From: Octopus sinensis
Lineage: Eukaryota
Assembly: GCF_006345805.1 (NCBI RefSeq)
Contig: NC_043000.1
Coordinates: 10,602,001-10,666,000 of the forward strand
DNA length: 64,000 nucleotides
Reading direction: 5' to 3'
The notes under the pieces were generated by a model. That model did not search any database, was not told the origin of the DNA, and was given only the letters and a program-made list of their open reading frames with translations. Below are positions 50,926 to 62,502 of this stretch, in pieces. Made by a program: the position numbers and the translations under genes. Position 1 is the stretch's first letter. Each line of letters starts with the position of its first letter.

Positions 50926-51949
50926 TACACATACTCTCTGCTCTCCCTCTCCTCTATCTCCCTCTCTCCTCCTCTCCCTCTCACCCCTTCCTCTCTCAAC
51001 AATCTTCGACACAGATTCTGTCCAGCATTTTCACTCTGAAGGTATTGATCAGCTTGAGGCTATAGTAGAAGACAGTAGCCCAAGATGCCATGCAGCAGAA
51101 CTGAACCTGACAGTACATGATTCAAAGCAAACCTCATATCCATACAACTATGCTTGAATTGTGGTGGTGGACAGATGGTGAGAGTACACACACATACTCA
51201 GTGTTGAGTGAGTGATTTAACCCTGATATAATGCTGCCAATTATTTTATATATGTGTTATGTATGTCATATATATATTTGGTGGTGGTAGAAGAAAGGCG
51301 CAGTGTGGTGATTGGAAGATAGAGATGTAGTTGTAAGAGATTAGAGTGGTGAGATGGTTGGAGATTAGAAACTGGAATGGTAAGATATGATCATCTGATG
51401 GGCAGATTTCTTTACTTGTCTTATACTAGCACAGAAATAATCAGAAATATGAAAGCTATGCTAGCGTTAATGTAAACTTATATAAACCAGTTATTTTTTG
51501 AGAAATCCAAATATCTACGTGGAGAAACTCTACATAATTGTTCTATTAGTGCTAAGAGTTCGTTAAATAACACAACACAACACAGTACAATAGAATAAAC
51601 AGGTGAATGGCCTGGTTATTAAAACTATCATTCCTAATCAAGTGGTAACATTTTAATATTCAACATCTGACAGAAATTACTTACTTTAATAGTGTTAGAT
51701 CTAAAAATAACATTTCTTCTGTAAATTCCACCTCTGGGTGCTTAACCTGTTTGAGTTGGCTGCTATACTGATGGTGTAGTGGGGTGGAATGGTAGAGAAA
51801 TTATAGCTCCAAATTGACAGGATAATATTTTGTAGTGCAGTTCCTGAGTACAGCCTTATTACCATTCTCTTATGATTATGATGCTATTGAGTTAGGTTCA
51901 GCTTTACGTACAGTCACACTAGTGTAAGTTACCAGGCTGCACTTATATA

Positions 51950-52158
51950 TTTCTTTACTACCCACAAGGGGCTAAACACAGAGAGGACAAACAAGGGCAG
52001 ACAAACAGATTAAGTCGATTGCATCGACCCCAGTGCATAACTGGTACTTATTTAATCAACCCCGAAAGGATGAAAGGCAAAGTCGACCTCGGTGGAATTT
52101 GAACTCAGAACGTAATGGCAGACAAAATATGCCTACACATTTCACCCAGCGTGCTAAC
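51950..52158 (-). mobile_element. SINE family B
   Basis: Reverse complement of the family B consensus, head partly missing. Confidence 0.82.
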
Positions 52159-53434
52159 ATAGAGATTTCCATCTAGTACAATCATATTACTTTATCTAGG
52201 TTCTAGTCAAAATCTGTTTTTAAGAATGATGAGTTCAATTTACCTTTCATGTTTGATCTTCCAACTGTGAAATTGAATTTCAATGTTTATTCCAGTAATG
52301 ATCTTAAGCATCTATCAAATAATAAAACTCATATTTTCTGCCAGTCACATTGCCTCAATCAATTTGACATATCTCAACTAAATATGGTTTCAAACACAAC
52401 ATTCCTCTACAAAAGATAGATTGGTATATAAAACTGATTTCTGCAGTAAAAGAGTCAAGTTGAATTCACCTTGGATATGTCAGTGGCAGGAAGAATTTTA
52501 TCAAAACTGGAAGAGAAATATCTAAAAAAATGGTTGAGATTGAAGTCTTTAGCTAAAATACTCGCATATTTTGATTTATGATTGGTTTAATAATAAAGAT
52601 CAGGAAATAAATTTTTTCTCATTTCCTTTCTTTGAAAAACTTCAAATTCTAGTATAGAGATAGCATGGCCAAGTTTTAGACTACTAGCTTATTATCCAAT
52701 TCCACAGTACATCCACACATACTACAAAAATTCCCCTAAACTCTCCTTCATGCCACTAGTTTCACCACATTAAACGCATTGCCAAGTGCTAAAGATTCCT
52801 CAATTCAAATCCACTGCCTCTGTGTCTCCTTTTTTACCCCCTCTTAAATATTGTACTTTATGTCTAGCTCATATCCTCTCCAAATTCTTTCATCTTCTTC
52901 TCTCTACTGTAAGGACATTTCCAACAATTATTGCCATGTTCTTTTCCCCAAAGCACTAGCCTCTGACATCTCTATAGTCCTCATTTCCAACATCTCCAAA
53001 AGTAATGAAAACAGTTATCAACAATCACCTTTTCCAGTACCTTGAATAAGTCCATCTCTCTCTCATAAAGATGCAGTCTCTACATATATCAATGAAAGTT
53101 TTAAACTTAACAGGTCAATGAGTAGAAATCAGCAATATTGGATAACAAAACTATTAAAGAATAGAAAGTTGAAAGTTTGATTCCAGCTGCTAGTAGAAAT
53201 CAAACGACAAGAAATCATGCTGGTTAGACTTTGAATAAGTAAGGCACTACACCGTTGTTACGTAGCAGACATGCTACCATCATCAAGTAGATGTTGCCTT
53301 TATAAAGCATGCTATCCTTTTCACAATGTCTTCAGTAAATCTACCTTCATTCTACCTTATGAACAACACAACTAAAACCATTAAAATTACTACAAATGCT
53401 AAACTTCTCATTGTATTTGACTGATTGTGAAAGC

Positions 53435-54000
53435 ACATAGCTTAGTAGTTAGGGTATTCGGCTCACAATCATGAAGTCATGAGTTCAATTCCTGGCAACA
53501 TGTTGTGTATTTTGAGTATGACACTTTATTTTACGTTGCTCCAGTTCACTCAGCTGGCAAAATTAGTTGTACTTGTATTTCAAGGGGCCAGCCTTGTCCC
53601 ATATTGTGTCATGCTGAACCTCCCTAAGAATTACATTAAGGGTATGCATGTCTGTGGAAAGGCGGCGAGCTGGCAGAAACGTTAGCACGCCGGGCGAAAT
53701 GCTTAGCTGTATTTTGTCTGCCGCTACGTTCTGAGTTCAAATTCTGCCGAGGTCGACTTTGCCTTTCATCCTTTCTGGGTCGATTAAATAAGTACCAGTT
53801 ACGCACTGGAGTCGATATAATTGACTTAATCCGTTTGTCTGTCCTTGTTTGTCCTCTGTGTTTAGCCCCTTGTGGGTAGTAAAGAAATAGGTATGCATGT
53901 CTGTGGAGTGCTCAGCCACTTGCATGTTAATTTTACGAGCAAGCTGCTCCATTGATCAGATCAACTGGAACCCTCATCATTGTAACCAACAGAATGCCAG
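53435..54000 (+). mobile_element. tRNA-like SINE family E (interrupted by a family B copy)
   Basis: Homologous to 26010-26320. Confidence 0.68.
53659..53889 (+). mobile_element. SINE family B nested in another SINE (family E)
   Basis: Perfect 18-bp TSD GGTATGCATGTCTGTGGA (53641-53658, 53890-53907). Confidence 0.88.
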
Positions 54001-54134
54001 TTTTTTGTTTGTTTTTTTTATTTGACTAATCAACAGAGATGCACTCCCCAACTTTACAGTCACCAAGCTGTTTCTTCTCTCTGACTAATCTTACAATTCC
54101 TTCAACAGTCTTATGAACAAGCAAGCTACATAAC

Positions 54135-54348
54135 TATTTCTTTATTGCCTACAAGGGGCTAAACACAGAGGGGACAATCAACGACAGACAAAGGTATTAA
54201 GTCGATTACATCAACCCCAGTGCGTAACTGGTACTTAATTTATTGACCCCGAAAGGATGAAAGGCAAAGTCAACCTGGGCGGAATTTGAAGTCAGAACCT
54301 AGTAGCAAACGAAATACGGCTATTTCAACGTGTCTGCCAGCTCGCCGC
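54135..54348 (-). mobile_element. SINE family B
   Basis: Reverse complement of the family B consensus. Confidence 0.82.
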
Positions 54349-54809
54349 CCTACATACTACCTCCATCTAAATGCACTGATGTATCTTTCTCTCCTTTCCT
54401 CATTTGTGTCTTACTCCCCAAGACACAACACTAAAATCATCCAACCCCCTCCCAATCATTCCTCCCCAGAATTGCATCCCTCTGGAATATCTTCCCTACC
54501 CATCTTTTTCCTACAGGCATTGACATAAAGCAATTAAGGCTAAACATCAACCATATTGTTCACACCAGTAAGGTGTACGATACTTTCACTAGGATTCATA
54601 ATGGTTTTAAATTTTAGCACAAGGCCAGCAATTTTATGGGCAGTGGGTAAATTGATTACATTGAGCCCAGTGTTCAACTAGTACTTCTTTTATCAAACCT
54701 TGAAAGAATGAAAGGCAAAGTAGACCTCAGAAAGCAAAAATGGATGAAATACATAAGCAGTTTCTCTGGAGTGCTATGATTATGCTCACAACATCATAAG
54801 CGGAAAGTG

Positions 54810-55110
54810 TAACCTCTTGAAAGAGCTGTTCTTCACTCCTGCTCCAGAACGTCGGCTGCGGGGTCACTCTGAAAAGCTCTATCTACGACGATTTCATCTC
54901 AATCGAAGGAGAGGGGCTTTCTCCATCCGGGTTGCGGATCCGTGGAATAAGCTGCCAGACGAGATAGTGAAGATACCGACGACCACTCGGTTCAAAGTCT
55001 CCCTTGACCACAAATGGCCTGAACTCTTTGCATGAACACCACCCTGTACATAACTCCATGTCCCCCTACATGGCCTTGCTTTTTGAGACAAAAAATTAAC
55101 TTAACTTAAC
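54810..55110 (+). mobile_element. Short 3' fragment of a second CR1-group LINE
   Basis: RRLRGHSEKLYLRRFHLNRRRGAFSIRVADPWNKLP (typical CR1 ORF2 C-terminus) followed by a 3' UTR and (TTAAC)n tail. Confidence 0.82.
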
Positions 55111-55598
55111 TATGCCAGTTCGTTCCCCTACTAGGATTCATAATAACACACTCCAAAAATTATTTGTAATTCCTGAACACCAAAATGAACATAAGAGAAA
55201 ATTCAATGTGACTTCATTCAACAGCAGAATGGTGCATCTGAAAATGTTTTGGCTTAATATTGATATGGCTGTTGCTGTTATCTCCGACAGTTCCACTTCA
55301 TAGTTATTTGAATTATTAATTCATTATTTTAATGATGGCATACATTTGTTATTTACACCCGTAATTCCAAGTAACTTTAAATCATTGTTTCTCTGCTGGA
55401 GTCCATGTAACACTTGGGGGCCCCTGTAAGATTTTGTTGTTAAAATGTATGTGCAATAAATTGGTTCATTGCACTTCTACAATGCACAACACATTTTAAC
55501 ATATTTTAGTACAATCCCTAATAATATTTAAATATGTAATTGTAAAAATATTATAGGATTTTTTAAAACTTTGAATGGTTCTGGAGTTCCATCCAAGT

Positions 55599-57976
55599 AA
55601 AACTGGTCACAAGTAGTGACTGGACTCAAACTGGACTAAAACTGGACTCAAACTGGTCACAAGTAGTCACCTCTCCAACAAGAGGCGACAACACCTTGGA
55701 CCTGCTCTTCACCACAACTCCTGAAGCGGTTATCAATTGCACTACGGAGGAACCTCTAGGTGACTCTGATCATGCTATGATCATCGCCAATCTGGCTCTT
55801 GCGGGCAACAAACACCTGAACCATCTCCAATCTGCTTCCTTCGATTGGAAGAGAACAGATTGGAACCTGTACCACACTGAACTACAGCACCCAAACTGGC
55901 GTGAATTCTACAACTCTGGAGATGTGAATACTATACTCCAGAGTATCCTGGACTCAATATGGGCAGCATGTGCAGCATCAGTGCCACGTAAACAAAAAAA
56001 GAAGAACCGCCCCAAAAGGGCAATTTGGGAAACTTCAGCGGTCCGACTTGCCAGGAAGGAACGTCGGACTGCTGAACAGGAATACAAGTTGCATAAATCA
56101 GACACCAACAGGAAGAAGCGGAATAAATCCTCCAACCATCTCAAGCAAGTGACAAAAAATGCAGTGCTTGAATTTGAACAGTGCATAGCAGCCAATCCTG
56201 ACAGCAAGGTTTTCTGGAAATATGTGCATTCAAAGCAGAGACCTCACTCTCCAGTGGGCCCTCTTCGCAACCCTCACACGAACCAGATCACTGACGACCC
56301 CAAGGAATGCGCAGAACTCATTGCCGAGTGCTATGCAAACATATTCACTGTCGAAAGTCAAAATGTACCATCTTCACCATCACTAACAGCAAACTCCATA
56401 ACAACTATGGAATTTACACCTGCAATGCTGCGACGTCACCTTCAAAATAAGCGCAACTATGCCTCCCCTGGTCTCGATGGCGTTACATACCTGCTTCTCA
56501 AACGTGGCAGGCACTTCCTTTTACACCAGCTTTCTATTTTCTTCCAGTACTGTCTCAACAATGGTGCTACTCCGGAGCAGTGGAAAACTGCCAGTGTCAT
56601 TCCTCTGTTCAAAAAGGGTGACCGCACATCACCTGTCAACTATCGCCCAGTCAGTCTCACTAGCTGTATTGCAAAACTGATGGAATCGTGTGTCAGAGAA
56701 ACACTCTGGAACTTCTGGAGCTCTCACAGTTTCATCCGACCCTCACAATATGGATTTGTCCCTAACTCCAGCTGCAGTGACCAGCTTGTCGAGTTCCTTG
56801 AGGACATTACTCAGATCACTGACAGTGGCTCATGGGTGGATGTTGTCTACCTTGACTTTGCTAAGGCTTTCAACTCTGTGCCACACAAAAGGCTTATGGT
56901 GAAACTCTCTGCAATGGGTGTGGGGGATGACCTTTTTAACTGGTTGAAATCCTTCATCCTCAGCCGAAAGGAGGTAGTCACAGTTCTAGGACAGCACTCT
57001 ACACCATATGAGATGTCATCGGGTGTACCACAGGGATCTGTCCTTGGTCCCCTCCTGTTTGTGGCATACATTAATGACATATATGCCAATTTAAAGAATG
57101 CCACAGTATTGAAATATGCAGACGACATCAAGCTGTACCTTGAAATCAAGAGGACTGATCCTGATGTCTACAACTCTTTCCTGCAATCAGACCTAGACAC
57201 AATGCAGCAATGGATCACAGACTGGCAACTGAAACTGGCTGTGGACAAGTGTACCACCATGCATTTTGGGAGAAAAAACCCTGCGTCCACATACTCCCTC
57301 TACAACACTGATATCAAGAAATCCTCTTGCGAGCGTGACCTAGGCATCACTGTCAGCAGTGATTTGCGTTGGACAAAGCATATCTCTAAAATTGTCAAGA
57401 AGGCCGAGGGTGTCTTGGCATCACTCAGCAAGACTTTTGTTAGCCGCTCTCCAGCCATCTATTTAAAACTGTATACAGCTATGGTGCGACCACACTTGGA
57501 ATTCGCATCATCAGTTTGGAATCCCTATCTTGCTCAGAACATTGACCTCCTGGAATCTGTCCAGAGACGTGCAACCAAACGCATACCCTCCATCAGACAC
57601 CTACCATATTCTGAGCGCCTTGTTTCCCTGGGCATGGATTCACTGAAGCTCCGGCGTCTGGCGACGGACTTGGTAAACACCCACAAGGTTATCAACCACC
57701 TCACCAACAACAACACTGAACACCTTTTTGATCTCCATGTGTCTAACACACGTGGACATGCCTACAAAGTCAGAAAACAGCACAGCTCCCATGACTTTCG
57801 GAAACATTTTTTCACGTTCAGGGTTGCTGAAGCATGGAATAAACTGCCTGCGTCAGTTGTTGACTGCCATGACACTGCATCCTTTAAGGCCCTCATGCTT
57901 CCCGAAATCCGTCGAAACTACACCTGATTATATATACACTTTAGATGAGTTGTAGTGCACCTGAGCACTGTACACA

Positions 57977-58019
<43 letters not shown>
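55599..58019 (+). mobile_element. 5'-truncated CR1-group LINE
   Basis: Long ORF with end of APE domain and full RT; 3' stem-loop AGTGC-ACCTGA-GCACT (within 57951-57974); (TTA)n tail 57978-58019. Confidence 0.92.
55696..57927 (+). CDS. CR1-group LINE ORF2 remnant (C-terminal APE, reverse transcriptase), 743 codons without stop, no native start
   Basis: QVVTSPTRGDNTLDLLFT, PLGDSDH (APE end); SPGLDG, WKTASVIPLFKKG, NYRPVSLTS, SQYGF, YLDFAKAFNSVPH, GVPQGSVLGPLLF, YADDIKL, VRPHLEFASSVWNP, TRGH..K, FFTFRVAEAWNKLP. Confidence 0.9.
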   Translation: MDLLFTTTPEAVINCTTEEPLGDSDHAMIIANLALAGNKHLNHLQSASFDWKRTDWNLYHTELQHPNWREFYNSGDVNTILQSILDSIWAACAASVPRKQKKKNRPKRAIWETSAVRLARKERRTAEQEYKLHKSDTNRKKRNKSSNHLKQVTKNAVLEFEQCIAANPDSKVFWKYVHSKQRPHSPVGPLRNPHTNQITDDPKECAELIAECYANIFTVESQNVPSSPSLTANSITTMEFTPAMLRRHLQNKRNYASPGLDGVTYLLLKRGRHFLLHQLSIFFQYCLNNGATPEQWKTASVIPLFKKGDRTSPVNYRPVSLTSCIAKLMESCVRETLWNFWSSHSFIRPSQYGFVPNSSCSDQLVEFLEDITQITDSGSWVDVVYLDFAKAFNSVPHKRLMVKLSAMGVGDDLFNWLKSFILSRKEVVTVLGQHSTPYEMSSGVPQGSVLGPLLFVAYINDIYANLKNATVLKYADDIKLYLEIKRTDPDVYNSFLQSDLDTMQQWITDWQLKLAVDKCTTMHFGRKNPASTYSLYNTDIKKSSCERDLGITVSSDLRWTKHISKIVKKAEGVLASLSKTFVSRSPAIYLKLYTAMVRPHLEFASSVWNPYLAQNIDLLESVQRRATKRIPSIRHLPYSERLVSLGMDSLKLRRLATDLVNTHKVINHLTNNNTEHLFDLHVSNTRGHAYKVRKQHSSHDFRKHFFTFRVAEAWNKLPASVVDCHDTASFKALMLPEIRRNYT

Positions 58020-58020
<1 letters not shown>

Positions 58021-58719
58021 AGGGGTTCATAGGGAAAAAGTGTAAAATGGTTGAGAACCACTGCTTTAAACAGTTTAAACTTTTTTCTTTTCTTTCATTT
58101 TTTAATATTTTTTTGTTTTTTTGGTCATTTCAATTAAAGCTTTCTGTCTGCACACAAAGCCACTTAATGATAGGGTTTTATCATTAAACCATTGAAAATC
58201 TGATTAAACGAAACCTATTTATTACTGACATGAATGAAGTTTACTTTTTATTTAAACATCCATTCATGGAAAGGGGTGTGTGGATTAAAGCTCTGTATGA
58301 AATGCCTTCCTCACACATATGTAAAGTTAACAAACTGTCCTGTTAGAAACAATGCCTGTATTCTTCTCTTTTTCTTATATGTCGTCTTTCTCTTTCTTTT
58401 ACAATTGCAGCTTTTGTTTCCTTTTGTTTTGTTTCAACTTGTGAAGCTGAGTCAGCTGTACAAGCCCTGTCTCTTACAACAAATACCATTATTTCTATGC
58501 CATTTTGAAATGTTGTCATACTGACTTCATGTCCTTTTCTTTATATGTCATCTGTGTGTGGTTATGTAGTTCAGAAACTCACTTCCTAATCATTTGGTCT
58601 CAGGTTCAGTCCCACAGTGCAGAACCTTGGGCAAATGATTCCTACTATAGCATCAGGCTGACCAAAGTTTTGTTAGGGATTTGGTAGACAGAAGCTGAAA
58701 GAGGCCTGTGTATTTGTGT

Positions 58720-59080
58720 ATATCCTTACCAGTGTCGTCTTACTGGCACTTGTGCCTGTGGTGCGTGAAGAAAACATTCGAGCGAGGTCACTGCCAGTGC
58801 TGCTGGACTGACTCCTGTGCAGGTGGCACGTAAAAAACACAATTTCGAGCGTGGCCATTGCCAGTACCACCAGACTGGCCCTCATGCCGGTGGCACATAA
58901 AAGCACCCACTACACTCTTGGTGTGTTTGGCGTTAGGAAGGGCATCAAGCTGTAGAGACTCTGCTAGATTAGATTGGAGCCTGGCGCAGCCATCTGGTTC
59001 ACCAGTCCTCAGTCAAATCGTCCAACCCATGCTAGCATGGAAAATGGACATTAAATGATGATGATCATCATCACCATCAT
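58720..59080 (+). mobile_element. Family C repeat
   Basis: Same modules and core as 515-880. Confidence 0.8.
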
Positions 59081-61074
59081 CCTTGTCTAAACATTACATG
59101 GAGATTGTAAACAAGCACCACCATCATACAAATGATGTTCATACATAGTCTTCCTTGGAAAACATGCCTGGCCATGGGGAAATGTTACCTTGCTTGGAAA
59201 CAGGTGAGGGTTGACAATAGGGAGGGTATCCAGCAGTAGAAAATCTGCCTCAGTAAATGCCATCTGATCCATGCAAGCATGGAAAGTAAGTATGAAATGG
59301 TGACAATGACTATGTCACTCCCTCCTTGATAACTTGTCTTTCCACTATGTTTAATTTTTTTTCATAACACTCTACTACATATAAGTTATCTGTTAATATA
59401 TCTTTCCATTGTATGAAGCCATTTGTAACAAATCTCTTTTTCTGATCTTTACAAGTTAACTATAACAAGATTTTTCGAGGGCTATATATATATATATTCA
59501 TACAAAGCAGTCTGTCATTCTGTTTGATAGAGCAGTCATGTGTGCTCGGGTTTTATTGGTAACATTATTCTCTTTCAAACCGGTTACTACATTACACTTG
59601 ACCCATAACCATCTCAAAAACATACTACAGTTGTTATTTTTTTTTTATTTAACACAATTATCAAATATTAGAGTAATGGCATGACATGTCATCTTGTCTT
59701 TAGCTACTATCTTGTTCCAAAGTGTAGAACAGCCATATGGCTTTGTTAACCTCAATTTATTAACTCTTGTTAATCACTGAATATATATGTGAGTGTATGC
59801 CAGCATGGAAGGCAGACATTAAATGATGATCATTATCATATCATGTGATATTCATATGATATGACGTTTTGGTTTTTTGTTTTGCTATAAGTTAATGTGA
59901 CAGGAAAATATGATCCAAGTTTGCTTGATAAAACAAGGCTGACTTTATTATTGCACATTTTTAGAGCCATTGTACAAAAAACATATCTCTGCTTGGCTAT
60001 TTATTGCTTTGCCAACAGGATTCAGGAAAAAAAACATGCAGGTGTAAAAGCAATTTGTCAAGCAGTTTATAAATGTCAACAACAAAAAGGTGCTTTTCTA
60101 ATATACTTCAAATGTATGTGGTTGTGCGTATGTTGGGGTGGAATGGGTGCTTGTGTTATTTAACTGTACTCTTATCTCTGCAAGTTTTCCATTTGCCTCA
60201 AGGATATTTTGTCCATTAATGTATTGTATTATTGTCAGACAAGTTATGTAAGCAATTGTGAGCCTGAATGAGGAGATTGTAGTAATGGTTGTGTTCAATA
60301 CCATGTTGCCAGCACTTTACAGTCATTTTTCTTTTAAAGGCTTAGTTCAAAGAAGGTGGCAAATATAGAATTGTTAAAGTGCTGGACAGAATTCTTGTGG
60401 TATTTGTTGTGGCCATCTGTGCTCTTTCAGGTCTCACTGAGGTAAATGTTGCCTTCTGTTCTTTTGGTGGCATTAAAAAAAAATGCACCAAACCAGATTG
60501 GTAGATTAGTAAAACCATTAGAGGTTTGGTCGAGACACCTTGCAATATGTTCTGGCTCTTTGCATTCAGCCAGTAATGCCTGCAACAACAATATAGGTGC
60601 TGAAGTGTATCGGCCCCAAGTTAGCTGCCTTTTCCTTAGGTAAACATTGGCTGCTTTGAAAGGGGAGACTTGCATGCTTGAGCAATCACCAGTCTTCCTT
60701 AAAAAGTTTTGCCCAGGATTACACATAAATGTATAGATGCAGGATTACCCTTGATAAACTGAGGGCCCACAGTCTGAGGAGGAAACTCCTGTTTCTGTGA
60801 CCCTTTTCAAAGTATCTGAGACTAATGGAAAGAAGAAAAGAAGGATGGAAGTAAACCTCAAATCAGAGGCCTGGCCAGAATGCTTGTAATTGATGGAGCT
60901 CTGCTAAAGCACCCATGGACAATACAGATTTGTTAAAATTTTGTAGGAATATTAAATTTGTAGAATCTGCTTGATTTAATGATTTCTTAAACACACTGGT
61001 GTTAACTTAATATCTATTTCTGACAATACTCGCCATCATCTTACTAATTGTATCTTCTTTTGTATTTTTCAGTC

Positions 61075-61686
61075 ATGGCAGAGCAGAACAAGAGTGTAGA
61101 GGACGACTCTTACTCACAAGGAATGTTCTATTTCAGCACTCAGCATTCAGATGCTCTTAGAGCTAATGTTGAAGCATTTCGTGTGAATGCAAACTACACT
61201 GATGTTACTATAATTATTGAAGACAAGAAATTCCCTTGCCACCGAGCCATCTTGGCAGCAGGTTCTTATTATTTCAAATCAATGTTTTCGTCTGGAATGG
61301 AAGAAACACATAAGAACTCATTTACCATCAAGCAAATCGATCCACTGGTGTTTGGACATGTTTTGCACTTCATTTATACTGGGAGCATCACCATTACTAC
61401 TGGAATAGTCTTTGAATTGTTCTCACAATCTCATATGTTCCAAATCTCAACGTTAGTAGAGTTGTGTGTTCAGTTCTTCAAGGAGGAAATCAGTGACTCA
61501 AACTGTCTTTGCGCATTGTCTCTGTCTGATGCCCATGCACATAAGGAACTATACGAGTTCACCAAGGAATACGCCTGTAAACATTTCACATCACTCATAA
61601 AAGATGAAGATTTCTTACGCCTCTCTGGCGAATGTGTGATAGATCTGTTGAAGGACAGACGACTAAATTGTACAACTGAAAGTCAG
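61075..61686 (+). CDS. Coding exon of a Kelch-like (BTB-BACK-Kelch type) protein; BTB domain plus start of BACK domain; the rest of the gene is not identified in the window
   Basis: Peptide MAEQNK...YTDVTIIIEDKKFPCHRAILAAGSYYFKSMFSSGMEE (BTB signature), then NCLCALSLSDAHAHKELYEFTKEYACKHF...EDFLRLS...LLKDRRLNCTTESQ (BACK-like). Branch-like TTACTAAT at 61041-61048, polypyrimidine tract and AG at 61071-61072, ATG at 61075, donor CAG|GTGAGT at 61687 (phase 0). Paralogue cannot be assigned by eye. Confidence 0.93.
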
Positions 61687-62112
61687 GTGAGTGTTTGAAT
61701 TTCTCATTTTCACCATTCTTGACTGCTGAGTCGAAGTAGATCATTGTCCAGCTTCTGCCTGGTTTCTAAATTGGCTGAACAAACCCCACTAGTCTGACAT
61801 TCAGCTACATGACACACTCATGATAAAGAGCCAGTGGGAGCTGTCTATGTGTGAGAGCTCAACATAATGGAAATCATACACTACTATCTTATAAGAAGAT
61901 TATGAGACATTATCACACAATTGTTTTGAGGTTACCTATTTGGCAATGCTGACTTAGTTGACATCAGATGTTTTAATCTCTCTCTCTCTCTATCTATCTA
62001 TCTATAGGAAGAAGGCCACAGACATACATTATGCATTGTTATAAATCTGTCTAATAAAGGCCCGAAACATATGTACCGCTGAATCCTTGGCATCATGTTT
62101 TTATTTTGATCA

Positions 62113-62145
<33 letters not shown>

Positions 62146-62291
62146 TATATATAATAGAGAGAAAGAGAGGGCATTATTACACATATATGCCACACACTAG
62201 GAGGGACTCTTAAAGTCAAATCTACTAAAATAAATAAACATATCGTACCAAATGCAACTCTCGAAGCAAGTCATTTAAAAACAGGATTCAG

Positions 62292-62354
62292 CTGCAGATC
62301 ACCTGTGTTTTCATAATCAGTGCAGTGGTTTGCACTCTTTACTCATCAGTGCAA
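62292..62354 (-). ncRNA. Type I hammerhead ribozyme motif, mirror copy, slightly degenerate
   Basis: Minus strand reads TTGCA-CTGATGA-GTAA...TTAT-GAAA-ACACAGGTGA-TC-TGCAG; G.U at the base of stem II and an A.A mismatch in stem III. Confidence 0.7.
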
Positions 62355-62439
62355 GCATAATTCAAGATTTATAATGAATGAACAAATCAACATACCAGAC
62401 GATTGATTTTGTTCAATTATTATAAATCTTGAATTATGC

Positions 62440-62502
62440 TTGCACTGATGAGTAAAGAGTGCAAACCACTGCACTAATTACGAAATCACAGGTGATCTGC
62501 AG
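62440..62502 (+). ncRNA. Type I hammerhead ribozyme with canonical core
   Basis: Stem I TTGCA/TGCAG; CTGATGA; stem II GTAA/TTAC extended by GTGCA/TGCAC; GAAA; stem III ATCAC-AG-GTGAT; triplet AUC with cleavage predicted after 62497. Confidence 0.85.

Larger units (their letters stand above)
55383..58063. mobile_element. hAT-type MITE split by the CR1 LINE (halves about 55383-55598 and 58020-58063)
   Basis: Right end GGTTGAGAACCACTG (reverse complement CAGTGGTTCTCAACC); left end CATTGTTTCTC; flanks CTTTAAAT (55375-55382) and CTTTAAAC (58064-58071) form a 7/8 match to an 8-bp TSD. Confidence 0.6.

Noticed and set aside
55908-57749. Antisense and alternative-frame ORFs within the CR1 LINE; likewise within the PLE
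   Set aside because: Shadow ORFs of the real reading frame.
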